From Candidatus Edwardsbacteria bacterium (GTDB taxonomy: Bacteria > Edwardsbacteria > AC1 > EtOH8), in contig JAGVNJ010000074.1 in assembly GCA_020053305.1 (NCBI GenBank), forward strand, positions 7,348-71,347: 64,000 nucleotides of DNA. The letters run 5' to 3'. Below the pieces are notes generated by a model. That model had not been told where the DNA came from, ran no database searches, and was given only the letters and a program-made list of their open reading frames with translations. The position numbers were made by a program, and so were the translations under genes. Positions 1 through 10,771 of this stretch are shown piece by piece. The stretch's first letter is position 1; every line of letters begins with the position of its first letter.

Positions 1-135
1 CCGCACGGCAAGGTGTACGGCGGCCAGGTGGCGGCGCCCATCTGCCGCAATATAATGAAGCGGATCATCAGCCTGCCGGGAGGTTTCGCCCAGGACCTGA
101 TGACCAACAATGCGGGGTTAAATACGAAATTGTGA
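1..135 (+). CDS. 3' end of a penicillin-binding protein transpeptidase (FtsI-like), partial
   Basis: In-frame from nt 1 to TGA at 133-135. The peptide ...YGGQVAAPICRNIMKRII... resembles a PBP C-terminus, and its position just upstream of murE is the canonical dcw order. Confidence 0.5.
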   Translation, partial: PHGKVYGGQVAAPICRNIMKRIISLPGGFAQDLMTNNAGLNTKL

Positions 136-1598
136 TGAAGGTAAAAGAGCTCATAAAATCCTGCCCCGATCAGATCGTCTCCCGGTCAGCGCTGCCGGAG
201 GGGATGGAGATCAGCGGGATGCATTATGATTCCCGGAGGATAGAGGCGGGAAATTTGTTCTTCGCCATCTCCGGCTACCAGTCCGACGGCAACCAGTTCG
301 TCGGACAGGCCCTGGCCAACGGGGCCGGCCTGGTCGTCAGCGAGAGCAACAGAATATCGGACGATATCCCCTGGATCAAAGTGGCCAATTGCCGCCGGGC
401 CATGGCCCTGATGTCGGCGGCCTTTCTGGGCCGGCCGGCGGACCAGCTGGATATGATCGCGGTGACCGGCACCGCCGGGAAGACCACCACCACCTATCTG
501 CTGCGCTCCATAATGGAATCGGCCGGCAGGAAGACCGGTCTTTTGGGCACCATCAGCTACTGGATACGGGATGAAAAATTCTCGGCCCCCAACACCACTC
601 CGGAATCGCTGGACCTCCAGGATCTGCTGTCCCGGATGGTCAGAGCCGGAGCCGATACCGCCATCATGGAGGCCTCGTCGCACGGCATCGAGCTGGACAG
701 GGTGGCAGGCATAAATTTTTCCACGGCAGTTTTCACCAACTTCTCCCAGGACCACCTGGATTTCCACAGGGATATGGAAAGCTACCTGAAAGCCAAGCTG
801 AAGCTGTTCCACAACCTGTGGGGTGAGGCCACAGCGGTGATCAACCTGGATGATCCGGCGGCCGGCCGGGTCAGGGAAGCGGTCAAAACCAAAACCCTGA
901 CCTTCGGAATAGACAGCCCGGCTGATATCAGGGCTGATAAAATTATCAGCAATCCGCAGGGTTCGGAGTTTGAATTAAAAACAAGCGATCGGACGATAGA
1001 AATAAAACTGGCTATAGCCGGCCGGCATAATATTTACAACGCTCTGGCGGCCGCGGCCGCGGCTTTGTCCCGCGGCAGATCGCCGGAGGATATCAAAGCC
1101 GGGCTGGAGAAGGTCAACAGCGTGGCCGGGAGGTTCGAGCCGGTGAGCCTGGGTCAGGATTTTTCGGTGATAGTGGATTATGCCCATACCCCCCAGGAGC
1201 TGGAGCACCTCCTGGATGCGGCCCGGGAGCTTAAACCCCAAAGGATCATAACCGTGTTCGGCTGCGGGGGCGACCGCGACCGCAGCAAGCGCCCCCTGAT
1301 GGGCCGGGCGGTGGCCAAAAATTCCGACATAGTGGTCGTAACTTCGGACAACCCGCGAACCGAGGACCCGGACCAGATCATCAACGATATTCTGCCCGGC
1401 CTGTCCGGCCGGGAATATATCCTGTTTCCCGATCGCAAGGAGGCCATATACAAATCCATCGAACTGGCCCAAAAAGGGGACATGGTGATCATCGCCGGCA
1501 AAGGCCACGAGGATTATCAGATACTGGGGGCAGTTAAGGTCCATTTTGACGACCGGGAGATCGCCGGGGAAGCCCTGAAGCAAAGGCTGGGCGCCTGA
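132..1598 (+). CDS. murE: UDP-N-acetylmuramoyl-L-alanyl-D-glutamate--2,6-diaminopimelate ligase
   Basis: Mur ligase P-loop GTAGKTTTT and a DNPR motif, in dcw order. The ATG at 135 forms a TGATG overlap with the upstream stop; the GTG at 132 is the alternative start. Confidence 0.9.
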   Translation: MMKVKELIKSCPDQIVSRSALPEGMEISGMHYDSRRIEAGNLFFAISGYQSDGNQFVGQALANGAGLVVSESNRISDDIPWIKVANCRRAMALMSAAFLGRPADQLDMIAVTGTAGKTTTTYLLRSIMESAGRKTGLLGTISYWIRDEKFSAPNTTPESLDLQDLLSRMVRAGADTAIMEASSHGIELDRVAGINFSTAVFTNFSQDHLDFHRDMESYLKAKLKLFHNLWGEATAVINLDDPAAGRVREAVKTKTLTFGIDSPADIRADKIISNPQGSEFELKTSDRTIEIKLAIAGRHNIYNALAAAAAALSRGRSPEDIKAGLEKVNSVAGRFEPVSLGQDFSVIVDYAHTPQELEHLLDAARELKPQRIITVFGCGGDRDRSKRPLMGRAVAKNSDIVVVTSDNPRTEDPDQIINDILPGLSGREYILFPDRKEAIYKSIELAQKGDMVIIAGKGHEDYQILGAVKVHFDDREIAGEALKQRLGA

Positions 1599-2950
1599 TG
1601 GAGAGCATGAGCCTGTCGGAGATAGCCCGGGCGGTGGGCGGGAACCTTTCCGGCCCGAATGGCCTGGCCCAAGGGGTCAGCATCGACTCCCGCACCATTA
1701 AACCGGGGGAGCTGTTCGTAGCCATAAAAGGACCCAATTTCGACGGGCAGGAATTTATAACCCAGGCAATCGGGAGCGGGGCCTCAGGGATCATAGCCTC
1801 CGGAAACATTGACCTGAAAGGCGAAAAAAATCCCGGACTGATCAAGGTGTCCGACACTCTCGGGGCGCTGAAGGAGCTGGCTTATTTTTACCGGAAAAAA
1901 TACCATCCCAAAATGATAGGCATCACCGGCACCAACGGCAAGACCTCGGTCAAGGAGATGACGGCGGCCATACTTTCCGCCAGATACAACGTCCTCAAGA
2001 ACCAAGGGAACCTGAACAACCAGTACGGCATTCCGCTGTCGCTGTTCAGACTCAGCGGAGAACACCAGATCGGGGTGATGGAGCTGGGGATGAGCGCCCT
2101 GGGCGAGATTGCCGATCTGTGCCGCCTGGTGGAGCCGGAGATCGGGATAATAACCAACGTGGGCGAGGGCCATACCCTGTTTCTGAAAGACCTGCCGACG
2201 GTGGGCCGGGCCAAGGGGGAACTGTTGGAGGCCCTTCCCAAAGGGGGGCTGGCGGTGGTCAACGGCGATGATGCCAACGTAATGCTCCAGACCGCCAGAA
2301 CCAGGGCCAAAATCATCAAGTTCGGGCTGGGCGATGATTGCCATTACAGGGCCCAGCAGATAAATTACCGCCCGGACGGGACCTCCTTCATAGTGAACGG
2401 ACAGAGGGTCATCATCAGGCAACCGGGACTGCACAATGTTTACAATTGCCTGGCGGCCATTGCTGCCGGGGAGGCCCTGGGGGTGGATATCAAAAGCGCT
2501 GCCGAAAAGCTGGCCGGGCTGAAACCAACCCCCATGCGTCTGGAGATAATACAAGCCGGCAAATTCACCATTATCAACGATGCCTATAATGCCAACCCGC
2601 CATCGATGAGGGCGGCCATCAAAGTGCTGGGTTCAATGGATGCCTCACGCCGGAAGGTTGCCATCCTGGGGGAGATGCTGGAGCTGGGGGAGATCGAAAA
2701 ATTGAGGCATCACGACATCGGGGTCTTTGCAGCGGAGCATGCCGACCTGGTGGTGGCAGTAGGCCGGCTGGGGGACCACATTCACCAGGGAGCCTCCAGC
2801 GTGAAGAAGAACAGCCGCCATTATCAGGATAATGCCGCTTTGATAGCCGAGCTGGGAACCATCTTGAAAAAGGGAGACCTGATCCTGGTAAAAGCCTCCC
2901 GGGGAGGGCATTTTGAGGAAATCGTCAACGCCATAAAAGGATTATCATAA
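1598..2950 (+). CDS. murF: UDP-N-acetylmuramoyl-tripeptide--D-alanyl-D-alanine ligase
   Basis: GITGTNGKTS P-loop and the Mur ligase middle and C-terminal domains. There is a 1-nt overlap with murE (TGATG). Confidence 0.9.
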   Translation: MESMSLSEIARAVGGNLSGPNGLAQGVSIDSRTIKPGELFVAIKGPNFDGQEFITQAIGSGASGIIASGNIDLKGEKNPGLIKVSDTLGALKELAYFYRKKYHPKMIGITGTNGKTSVKEMTAAILSARYNVLKNQGNLNNQYGIPLSLFRLSGEHQIGVMELGMSALGEIADLCRLVEPEIGIITNVGEGHTLFLKDLPTVGRAKGELLEALPKGGLAVVNGDDANVMLQTARTRAKIIKFGLGDDCHYRAQQINYRPDGTSFIVNGQRVIIRQPGLHNVYNCLAAIAAGEALGVDIKSAAEKLAGLKPTPMRLEIIQAGKFTIINDAYNANPPSMRAAIKVLGSMDASRRKVAILGEMLELGEIEKLRHHDIGVFAAEHADLVVAVGRLGDHIHQGASSVKKNSRHYQDNAALIAELGTILKKGDLILVKASRGGHFEEIVNAIKGLS

Positions 2951-4039
2951 ATGCTGTATCTGCTGTTATATCCCTTGGCCGATAAGATCCACTTCTTCAA
3001 TCTGTTCCGTTATATCACCTTCCGTTCGGCCTATGCCCTGGTGACGGCGCTGCTGATATCCTTCCTGATAGGGCCCTACATGATCCGGTGGCTTAAAAAA
3101 CTAAGGATCGGAGATACCGGCCGGGAGGACGCCCCGGACCACCATAAAAAAAAGGCCGGCACCCCCACCATGGGCGGGTTGATAATCCTGGCGGCCATAA
3201 TGATCCCGGTGCTATTATGGGCCGACTTAAGCAACCGTTACATCCAGATAGCCTCGCTGGCCACCCTGTGCCTGGGGGCCATCGGCTTCAGCGACGATTA
3301 CCTGAAGGTTGTCAAGAAACAGCCCAAGGGTCTGGTGGGCAGGAAAAAGCTGGCCGGCCAGATCGCCCTGTCGCTGGTGATAGGAGCCATTCTGGTCATC
3401 TATCCGTTGAACCCGGAGTTCGCCACCAAGACCAATTTTCTGTTCTTTAAAAATATCTTCGTCGATCTGGCCTGGTGGCTGTTCATTCCTTTTGTGGTGA
3501 TGGTCATAGTGGGGACCTCCAATGCCGTCAACCTGACCGACGGCCTGGACGGTCTGGCTATCGGGGTGGTGCTGTTCGCCGCCGCGGCCTATGCCGTGAT
3601 GTGCTATTTTGCCGGGAATTACAAGCTGGCCAGCTATCTCAACATCATATTCATGAAGGGCTCGGGAGAGCTGACCGTATTCTGTTCGGCCATTGTCGGG
3701 GCTTCGCTGGGCTTCCTGTGGTATAACGCCCATCCGGCCGAGATCATGATGGGCGACACCGGGTCGCTGGCCCTGGGCGGGGCCATAGGCACCACCGCCG
3801 TTCTGATCAAGCAGGAGATACTGCTGCTGATCGTGGGCGGGGTATTCGTGATGGAGGCCCTGTCGGTGATCCTGCAGGTGGCTTCCTTCAAACTGACCGG
3901 AAAACGGATCTTCAGAATGGCCCCCATCCACCATCATTTTACCATGAAAGGCTGGAGCGAGGAAAAGATAGTCACCCGCTTCTGGATAATAGCCCTGATC
4001 TGCGCCCTGGTGGCCCTCAGCACCCTGAAGATAAGATAG
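2951..4039 (+). CDS. mraY: phospho-N-acetylmuramoyl-pentapeptide transferase
   Basis: Polytopic membrane protein with the MraY signature stretches (NAVNLTDGLDGLA, MGDTGSLALGG), in dcw position. Confidence 0.95.
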   Translation: MLYLLLYPLADKIHFFNLFRYITFRSAYALVTALLISFLIGPYMIRWLKKLRIGDTGREDAPDHHKKKAGTPTMGGLIILAAIMIPVLLWADLSNRYIQIASLATLCLGAIGFSDDYLKVVKKQPKGLVGRKKLAGQIALSLVIGAILVIYPLNPEFATKTNFLFFKNIFVDLAWWLFIPFVVMVIVGTSNAVNLTDGLDGLAIGVVLFAAAAYAVMCYFAGNYKLASYLNIIFMKGSGELTVFCSAIVGASLGFLWYNAHPAEIMMGDTGSLALGGAIGTTAVLIKQEILLLIVGGVFVMEALSVILQVASFKLTGKRIFRMAPIHHHFTMKGWSEEKIVTRFWIIALICALVALSTLKIR

Positions 4040-4040
4040 A

Positions 4041-5405
4041 ATGAAACTCGATCTGGCAAATAAAAAAGTTTCGGTGATCGGCCTGGCCCGCAGCGGGATG
4101 GCGGCGGTGAGGCTTTTAAAAAAATCCGGGGCGGATGTCTTTGTCTCCGAGTTTAAAAACATTGCCCCCGAAGATTTGAAAGAGCTGGATAATTTGGGCG
4201 TGGTTCATGAAGCAGGAGGGCACACCGAAAAGCTGCTTGACAGCCGGATGATAGCGATCAGCCCGGGGGTCCGTACCGATATTCCGATCTTACAAAAGGC
4301 CGCCAAGATGGGCATCGAAGTGATCGGCGAAGTGGAGCTGGCTTACCGGGCCACCGGATCCCGGATCATCGCAGTCACCGGGACCAACGGCAAATCCACC
4401 ACTGTCTCCATGATCGGCAATATCCTTAAAGAATCGGGGAGGGATGTGCATATCGGCGGAAACCTGGCCCCGGGGAAACCCCTGTGCCAGCTGGCTATGG
4501 AAACCAAGCCCGATAGCATCATAGTGGCCGAGGTCAGCACTTTTCAGATAGAGACCATAAAGACATTCAAACCCTACATCGGCGTGGTGACCAATATCTC
4601 GCCGGACCACCTGGACCGGCACCCCGATTTTGAAAGCTATGCCCGGCTCAAAGGGGAGCTGTTGAAAAACCAGGATGAAACCGACCATTCGGTTCTGAAC
4701 CTGGATGATGCCAATGTTCAGAAATATTGCAGCGGGTACCGGGGAAAAAGGCTGGAATTCAGCCTGATAAAAACCGTGGATAACGGTTCTTGGTGGGACG
4801 GCCAAAACCTCAATATATCGCAGAATAAGATAAGCGATAAAGTTTTGGATACGGCAGAGCTCAAAGTTCCGGGGAAACATAACATCGCCAATGCCCTGGC
4901 GGCGATGGCCGCGACATCGGTCCTCAACGTTTCTTCGTCAGACATGGCGGCAGGGTTGGCCTCCTTCAAGGGAGTGCCGCACCGCCTGGAGGAAGTGGCG
5001 ATGATCAACGATGTCCGGTATATAAACAACTCCATGTGCACCAATAATGAGGCCGGGATAAATTCTCTGCGGGCCGTTGAAGGCCCTTTGGTGGTGATAG
5101 CCGGCGGCAAGGAGAAAGGGACCGACCTTTCCGGTTTCATGGCCGAGATTTCTAAGCGGGCCCGGGCAGCGGTGCTGATAGGCGAGGCCAGGGAAAGACT
5201 CAAAGCCGAACTGGATTCTCTGGGCTTCAGCAAGGTTATTTTGGCCGGCAATATGTCCGATGCCGTCAAGCGGGCATCCCGACAGGCCAAAGCCGGCGAT
5301 GCGGTGATACTGGCGCCGGGCTGCGCCAGCTTCGACATGTTCGTGGATTTTGAGGACCGGGGGGAGCAGTTCAAACAGGCGGTTCATGATTTGGAGAGCA
5401 GATGA
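4041..5405 (+). CDS. murD: UDP-N-acetylmuramoylalanine--D-glutamate ligase
   Basis: N-terminal Rossmann segment followed by a GTNGKSTT P-loop; Mur ligase. Confidence 0.9.
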   Translation: MKLDLANKKVSVIGLARSGMAAVRLLKKSGADVFVSEFKNIAPEDLKELDNLGVVHEAGGHTEKLLDSRMIAISPGVRTDIPILQKAAKMGIEVIGEVELAYRATGSRIIAVTGTNGKSTTVSMIGNILKESGRDVHIGGNLAPGKPLCQLAMETKPDSIIVAEVSTFQIETIKTFKPYIGVVTNISPDHLDRHPDFESYARLKGELLKNQDETDHSVLNLDDANVQKYCSGYRGKRLEFSLIKTVDNGSWWDGQNLNISQNKISDKVLDTAELKVPGKHNIANALAAMAATSVLNVSSSDMAAGLASFKGVPHRLEEVAMINDVRYINNSMCTNNEAGINSLRAVEGPLVVIAGGKEKGTDLSGFMAEISKRARAAVLIGEARERLKAELDSLGFSKVILAGNMSDAVKRASRQAKAGDAVILAPGCASFDMFVDFEDRGEQFKQAVHDLESR

Positions 5406-6637
5406 ACAGCAGGGGCGGAGAAATAGACCATTACCTATTGGTGGCGGTGCTGGTGCTGACCGGATTCGGGCTGATCATGAGCTTCAGCGCCGGGGGCTTC
5501 ATGTCCGGCAGTTCGGCCAAATTCTCCAATGACAGCCTGTTCTTTTTCAAGCGGGAGCTGATAAGGGTGGCCTTGGCCCTGGTGTTTTTCCTGGTAGCCC
5601 TCAATATCAATTACCGGAAATTAAGGAGCCTGATAGTCCCGTTCTTCGGGGCGATGCTGGGGGCGATGCTGCTTACCCTGCTTCTGGCCCAGTCGGTCAG
5701 GGGATCCCGCAGCTGGATAATGGGGATACAGCCGGTGGAGATCGCCCGGATCGCCTTGGTGTTGTTTTTGGCCGACTTCATAGACAAAAAGGGCGAAGAT
5801 TTCAAAAAAATAAAGGTCGGATATATTCCGGGGGTGGCGGCGGTGGGTTTGCTGGCGGTGATCATTGGCCTGCAGCCCGATTTCGGAAGCGCCATGGCGT
5901 TGTCGATCCTGGGCTATACCATGCTGTTCCTGGGCGGGGCCAACCTGCTGGCCTGGGCGGGCGGGCTGGGCCTGGCCTCAGTTCTTTTTGTTACCGCAGC
6001 CCTGACCCAAAAGCATGTGCTGGGCCGGCTGACCGGATTCTGGTGGGGGCTTACCAGGCCCGAGGAACTGGGGGCTTTGATCGGCTCCTCCTCCGGGCAT
6101 GTTAAAAATACCCTGATACAGGCCCATCAGTCCATCCTGGGTATCGGCTCCGGCGGGTTTTTTGGGGTGGGACTGGGACAGAGCCGGCAGAAGTTCCTGT
6201 TCGTCAGCGAGGCCCACACCGATTTCATATACTCCATCATCGGGGAGGAGGGCGGGCTTCTGTTCGCCGGGATAATCATGCTGGTCTTTCTGGTCATTCT
6301 GTGGCGGGGGATAAAACTATCGCTGCAATTGAGCGACCGGTTCGAGTCCCTGACGGTGCTGGGATTGAGCTGCGGGATATTCATCTATGCGGTCATCAAC
6401 ATCAGCGTGGCGCTGGGGATCTTTCCGATCACCGGCCTGCCCCTGCCTTTTCTAAGCTACGGCGGCTCGGCCCTGGTGGCCAATGCGGCCTCGGTGGGTT
6501 TGATACTGAACATCTCAAAGCACCGGGGGGAAAAATCCGGACAAACCTTTATCAGGAAGAACAATGGAGTTAGCGATAGCCGGTGGAGGGACGGGAGGTC
6601 ATCTCTATCCTGGTCTGGCCGTAGCCGCCGCCGTTAA
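5402..6637 (+). CDS. ftsW: peptidoglycan glycosyltransferase / cell division protein FtsW (SEDS family)
   Basis: Ten-TM SEDS-like protein between murD and murG. It has a 4-nt overlap with murD and an Arg-rich C-terminal tail that overlaps murG by 74 nt. Confidence 0.85.
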   Translation: MNSRGGEIDHYLLVAVLVLTGFGLIMSFSAGGFMSGSSAKFSNDSLFFFKRELIRVALALVFFLVALNINYRKLRSLIVPFFGAMLGAMLLTLLLAQSVRGSRSWIMGIQPVEIARIALVLFLADFIDKKGEDFKKIKVGYIPGVAAVGLLAVIIGLQPDFGSAMALSILGYTMLFLGGANLLAWAGGLGLASVLFVTAALTQKHVLGRLTGFWWGLTRPEELGALIGSSSGHVKNTLIQAHQSILGIGSGGFFGVGLGQSRQKFLFVSEAHTDFIYSIIGEEGGLLFAGIIMLVFLVILWRGIKLSLQLSDRFESLTVLGLSCGIFIYAVINISVALGIFPITGLPLPFLSYGGSALVANAASVGLILNISKHRGEKSGQTFIRKNNGVSDSRWRDGRSSLSWSGRSRRR

Positions 6638-7664
6638 GCAGGCGGATACTCAAGCCAAGATCACGTTTTATGGCACCAAGCAGGGCATAGAATCGCGGGT
6701 GCTACCGGGGATGGGCTATGATCTCAAATATATTTCTGCCAAGGGATTTTTGGGTAAAGGCTGGACAGACAAAATATTTTCCCCTCTCTGGATGGCAGCT
6801 GGCGTCTGGCAATCGCTCTTTTATATGGCCAGGAACCGCCCGGATGTGGTTCTGGGCACCGGCGGTTACGTTTCGGCCCCCCCGGTGGTGGCGGCCTGGA
6901 TGTTAAGAATCCCGGTATCCCTGCTGGCCCTGGATGTGATGCCCAGTCAAGCGGTGCGGTTCCTGGCCAGGTTTGCCGATCAGATATACGGCGGTTTTCC
7001 GGAATGCGCCCGGCACCTAATCCCCAAGTCCCAGGTGATATTCACCGGAAATCCCATCAGGCCGGAGATCGGAAGAATAACCAGAGGCCAGGGGGCGGTC
7101 CGGTTCGGGCTGGAAGAAAACAAAAAGACCATCCTGATATCCGGCGGGAGCCAGGGAGCCCACAGCATCAATATTTCGGTGCTGGATTCTTTGAAGATAC
7201 TCGATCAGGTCGGAAGGCTTAAGGAAATCCAGATAATATTTCAGACCGGCAAAAAAGATCATGGCCAGGCGACGGAAGCCGTCAAACGTTTTGCAACAAA
7301 AATAAAAGTCCTGCCCTATATCGACGAAATGCCTTACGCCCTGGCGGCCGCCGACCTGGTGATCAGCCGCTCCGGGGCCGGGATTTCGGAAACCCTGGCC
7401 TGCGGCCTGCCCTCGATACTGATACCGTATCCTTATGCCGCCAGCAATCACCAGGAATACAATGCCAAAAGTCTGGAAAAAGTCGGTGCAGCAGAAATGA
7501 TATTGGACAAGGATATGAACGGGCAAGTGTTGGCGGAAAAAATCACTAAAATTCTATTCGACCAGGACAGATATCACCAAATGGCCATCGCCTCCAAATC
7601 CCTGGCCCGGCCGGAAGCAGCAGGGAAAATTGCCGAAAATTTATTAAGAATTGCGGGAAAATAA
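6564..7664 (+). CDS. murG: undecaprenyldiphospho-muramoylpentapeptide beta-N-acetylglucosaminyltransferase
   Basis: N-terminus MELAIAGGGTGGHLYPGLAVA is the canonical MurG G-loop; GT28 family. Confidence 0.9.
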   Translation: MELAIAGGGTGGHLYPGLAVAAAVKQADTQAKITFYGTKQGIESRVLPGMGYDLKYISAKGFLGKGWTDKIFSPLWMAAGVWQSLFYMARNRPDVVLGTGGYVSAPPVVAAWMLRIPVSLLALDVMPSQAVRFLARFADQIYGGFPECARHLIPKSQVIFTGNPIRPEIGRITRGQGAVRFGLEENKKTILISGGSQGAHSINISVLDSLKILDQVGRLKEIQIIFQTGKKDHGQATEAVKRFATKIKVLPYIDEMPYALAAADLVISRSGAGISETLACGLPSILIPYPYAASNHQEYNAKSLEKVGAAEMILDKDMNGQVLAEKITKILFDQDRYHQMAIASKSLARPEAAGKIAENLLRIAGK

Positions 7665-9025
7665 TGTTCGGAAAGATCAAAAAGATACATTTCGTGGGCA
7701 TCGGCGGAATAGGCATGAGCGGGATCGCCGAGGTGCTGCTAAATCTTGGCTACCAGGTCTCCGGCTCCGACCTCAAATTTTCCGAGGTGACCGAGCACCT
7801 GCAACAGTTGGGGGCCACCATCGTGGAGGGGCACCGGGCGGAGAATGTGGGCCAGGCCGAAGTGGTGGTCACCTCGTCGGCGGTTCACGATGATAACCCC
7901 GAGGTCAGGGCGGCTCATGAGAAAAAGATCCCGGTGATCCGCCGGGCCGAGATGCTGGCGGAGCTGATGCGGCTCAAAGTGGGCATCGGGATCGCCGGGA
8001 CCCACGGCAAGACCTCCACCACCTCCATGATCGGCCAGGTGCTGACCCAGGCCGGTCTGGATCCCACCCTGGTCATCGGCGGAAAGGTCCGCTCATTAGG
8101 CAGCAACGCCAAGCTGGGCACCGGAGAATATCTGGTGGCCGAGGCCGACGAGTTCGACCGTTCTTTTTTGAAGCTGGCCCCGGTGATAGCGGTGATCACC
8201 ACCATCGAAGCGGAGCACCTGGACTGCTACAAGGATCTGGACGAGATCAAGAACGCCTTTGTGGAGTTCGCCAACAAGGTGCCGTTCTACGGCGCCATCA
8301 TCGCCTGCCTGGACGAGCGGGGGGTGCAGGCCATCATGCCGCGTCTGGAAAAAAGGTGCATAACCTACGGCCTGTCATCGCAGGCCGACCTGCAGGCCCG
8401 GGATATAAAATTCGACGGGATGAAGACCAGCTTCGAGGCGCACAACGGCAAGGGGCTTATGGGCAACATCAACCTGAACCAGCCCGGAATCCATAATGTC
8501 AAGAATTCGCTGGCCGCCATCGCGGTGGGCCTGGATATGGAGATTCCCTTTGAGAAGATCGCCCAAGCCCTGGCGGAGTTCAACGGGGTCTACCGCCGGT
8601 TTGAGATAAAGGGCGAGAGAAACGGGGTGCTGGTGATCGACGATTACGGACATCATCCCACCGAGATCGAGGCCACCCTCAAAGCCGCCAAGGACGGTTT
8701 TTCCCGCCGGGTGGTGGCGGTGTTCCAGCCCCACCTGTACAGCAGGACCAGGGATTTTCACACCGAATTCGGAGGGGCTTTCTTCCAGGCCGACCTGCTG
8801 CTGGTCACCGACATCTACCCGGCCCGGGAAGCCCCGATCCAGGGGGTAAGCGGCGAGCTGATCGCCAAAGCGGCCAGGGAAAAGGGCCACCGCAATGTCC
8901 ATTATATTGCCGATAAAAAAAATATCCCGGGCGAACTGGAAAAATTGGTCAAACCCAACGATATCGTGATCACCCTGGGGGCCGGGGATATCAATAAATA
9001 CGGGGAAGAATTTCTTAAGAAATGA
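7664..9025 (+). CDS. murC: UDP-N-acetylmuramate--L-alanine ligase
   Basis: GIAGTHGKTSTTS P-loop; Mur ligase. There is a 1-nt overlap with murG. Confidence 0.9.
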   Translation: MFGKIKKIHFVGIGGIGMSGIAEVLLNLGYQVSGSDLKFSEVTEHLQQLGATIVEGHRAENVGQAEVVVTSSAVHDDNPEVRAAHEKKIPVIRRAEMLAELMRLKVGIGIAGTHGKTSTTSMIGQVLTQAGLDPTLVIGGKVRSLGSNAKLGTGEYLVAEADEFDRSFLKLAPVIAVITTIEAEHLDCYKDLDEIKNAFVEFANKVPFYGAIIACLDERGVQAIMPRLEKRCITYGLSSQADLQARDIKFDGMKTSFEAHNGKGLMGNINLNQPGIHNVKNSLAAIAVGLDMEIPFEKIAQALAEFNGVYRRFEIKGERNGVLVIDDYGHHPTEIEATLKAAKDGFSRRVVAVFQPHLYSRTRDFHTEFGGAFFQADLLLVTDIYPAREAPIQGVSGELIAKAAREKGHRNVHYIADKKNIPGELEKLVKPNDIVITLGAGDINKYGEEFLKK

Positions 9026-9933
9026 AAATCTCATCCGATATATTGAAACAACTGGCCGCCAAGGCCAAAGGGCAGTGCCGTTTCAGCGAGCCGATGTCCC
9101 GCCATACCTCCTTCAGGATAGGCGGGCCGGCCGACCTGCTGGTGATCCCGGCCGATGAACCCGACCTGCAGAACCTGCTGGCCGGGATACATAAGTCAAG
9201 GATCCCGTATATGATCCTGGGAAACGGCACCAACCTGCTGGTGCTGGACGGCGGCATTCGGGGCGTGGTGATCAAGATGACCTCAGGGTTCCGGCAGCTG
9301 GACAGAAAGGAAAACACCCTTAAGGTCGGCGCCGGATACGCCCTTCCCCGCCTGGTGGAGGGGGCGGCCGAAATGAGCCTGGCTGGGCTGGAGTGGGGAG
9401 TGGGCATCCCGGGTTCGCTGGGCGGGGCGCTGGTGATGAATGCCGGGGCCTACGGCGGCCAGATGTCCGACATAGTCAAAAAGGTCTGGGGATACACCCC
9501 CTCCGGCGACCGGCTGACCCTGCGGCCCGGCCAGATAAATTTCGGCTACCGGCATTCCGAATATCCCGATGGTTTTGTGATCGCCGGCGCCGAACTGGAG
9601 ATGCAGGCGGGCAAAAAGACCAGGATAAAATCCGCCATGGAACAGTGGATGGGAAAAAGGCAGAGGAACCAGCCGCTGAGCCTGCCCTCGGCCGGCTGCA
9701 TCTTCAAAAATCCCGCCAACGACTCCGCCCGCCGGCTGATAGGGGTGGCCGGACTTAAGGGCAAAAAGGCAGGCGGGGCAAAGGTCTCCAGCAAGCATGC
9801 CAACTTCATTATCAATGATGGCGGGGCCAAAGCGGCCGATGTATTGAAGCTGATCGATATCATAAAGGAAAGAACCCATAAATCTGTCGGAATTGAACTG
9901 ACCCCCGAGGTCAAGACCGTCGGGGAGCCATGA
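9022..9933 (+). CDS. murB: UDP-N-acetylenolpyruvoylglucosamine reductase
   Basis: FAD-binding PCMH-type N-terminus and a MurB C-terminal domain. It sits where ddl usually lies. Confidence 0.85.
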   Translation: MKISSDILKQLAAKAKGQCRFSEPMSRHTSFRIGGPADLLVIPADEPDLQNLLAGIHKSRIPYMILGNGTNLLVLDGGIRGVVIKMTSGFRQLDRKENTLKVGAGYALPRLVEGAAEMSLAGLEWGVGIPGSLGGALVMNAGAYGGQMSDIVKKVWGYTPSGDRLTLRPGQINFGYRHSEYPDGFVIAGAELEMQAGKKTRIKSAMEQWMGKRQRNQPLSLPSAGCIFKNPANDSARRLIGVAGLKGKKAGGAKVSSKHANFIINDGGAKAADVLKLIDIIKERTHKSVGIELTPEVKTVGEP

Positions 9934-10721
9934 CCGCCTATTTCGACCGGAAGAGCGCCGGGCGGCTGCGTAAAAAACGCCGGCAAAAAGGGAAGCTGAA
10001 AGCCATATTGGTTCTGATCATCTTTTCGGTAATGCTGGCCGCCGGATTCTACGGGTATAAGCAGGGCCTCAAAAAAGGCATCTTTAATATCAAACAGGTC
10101 AATGTCAAAGGAAATCGGATGGCCGATACCGGCGGGATCATGGAAATAGTTGGAGACCTGAACGGCCGAGTCCTCTGGAGGGCAGGGTATAAAAAGATCG
10201 CGGCCCGGGTCCGCCAAAAATATCCGGCGGTAAAAAGATCCACATTCACAGTGTGGCCCTGGAGGATAGTGGATCTCCGTATCACCGAGCGGAAGCCCCT
10301 GGCCGAACTGCAGCACGATGGCCAGCTGGTTATAGACGCTGAAGGAGTGGTCTTCAGGACCAGTCTGATGCCCGCTGACAGCTACAGGGAAAAGCTTCCC
10401 CGGTTAAGGACCAGCGGCGCTGGCCCGGAGGGCATCTGGCGGGCCCTGCGTCTGATAGAATCGGCTCCCTGGGTGGAGAGCCAGTGGCTGTTCGATCCGT
10501 CCGACCAGAACGATATAAAACTGTGGCTGCCGGGAGGGGTGGCTGTTCATTTCGGCAACGGTCACTTCAAAAGGGAATGGCAGAAGCTGGGAGAGGTGCT
10601 GGAAAACCTGAAGAACGAAAATCTTACTGTTACCGAGATAGACCTGCGTTTCAACGGACAGGCTATCATCAAAGGACAGGCGCTGGTCCAGGGACAAAAA
10701 GATAAAACGGGAAGCAATTAA
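9930..10721 (+). CDS. ftsQ: cell division protein FtsQ/DivIB
   Basis: Basic N-terminus, a single TM segment, then a POTRA-like domain; located between murB and ftsA. Confidence 0.7.
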   Translation: MTAYFDRKSAGRLRKKRRQKGKLKAILVLIIFSVMLAAGFYGYKQGLKKGIFNIKQVNVKGNRMADTGGIMEIVGDLNGRVLWRAGYKKIAARVRQKYPAVKRSTFTVWPWRIVDLRITERKPLAELQHDGQLVIDAEGVVFRTSLMPADSYREKLPRLRTSGAGPEGIWRALRLIESAPWVESQWLFDPSDQNDIKLWLPGGVAVHFGNGHFKREWQKLGEVLENLKNENLTVTEIDLRFNGQAIIKGQALVQGQKDKTGSN

Positions 10722-10771
10722 AAATATTTTTCATAAATAAATACTCAAGATCATCATTAAGGAGGCCGGAA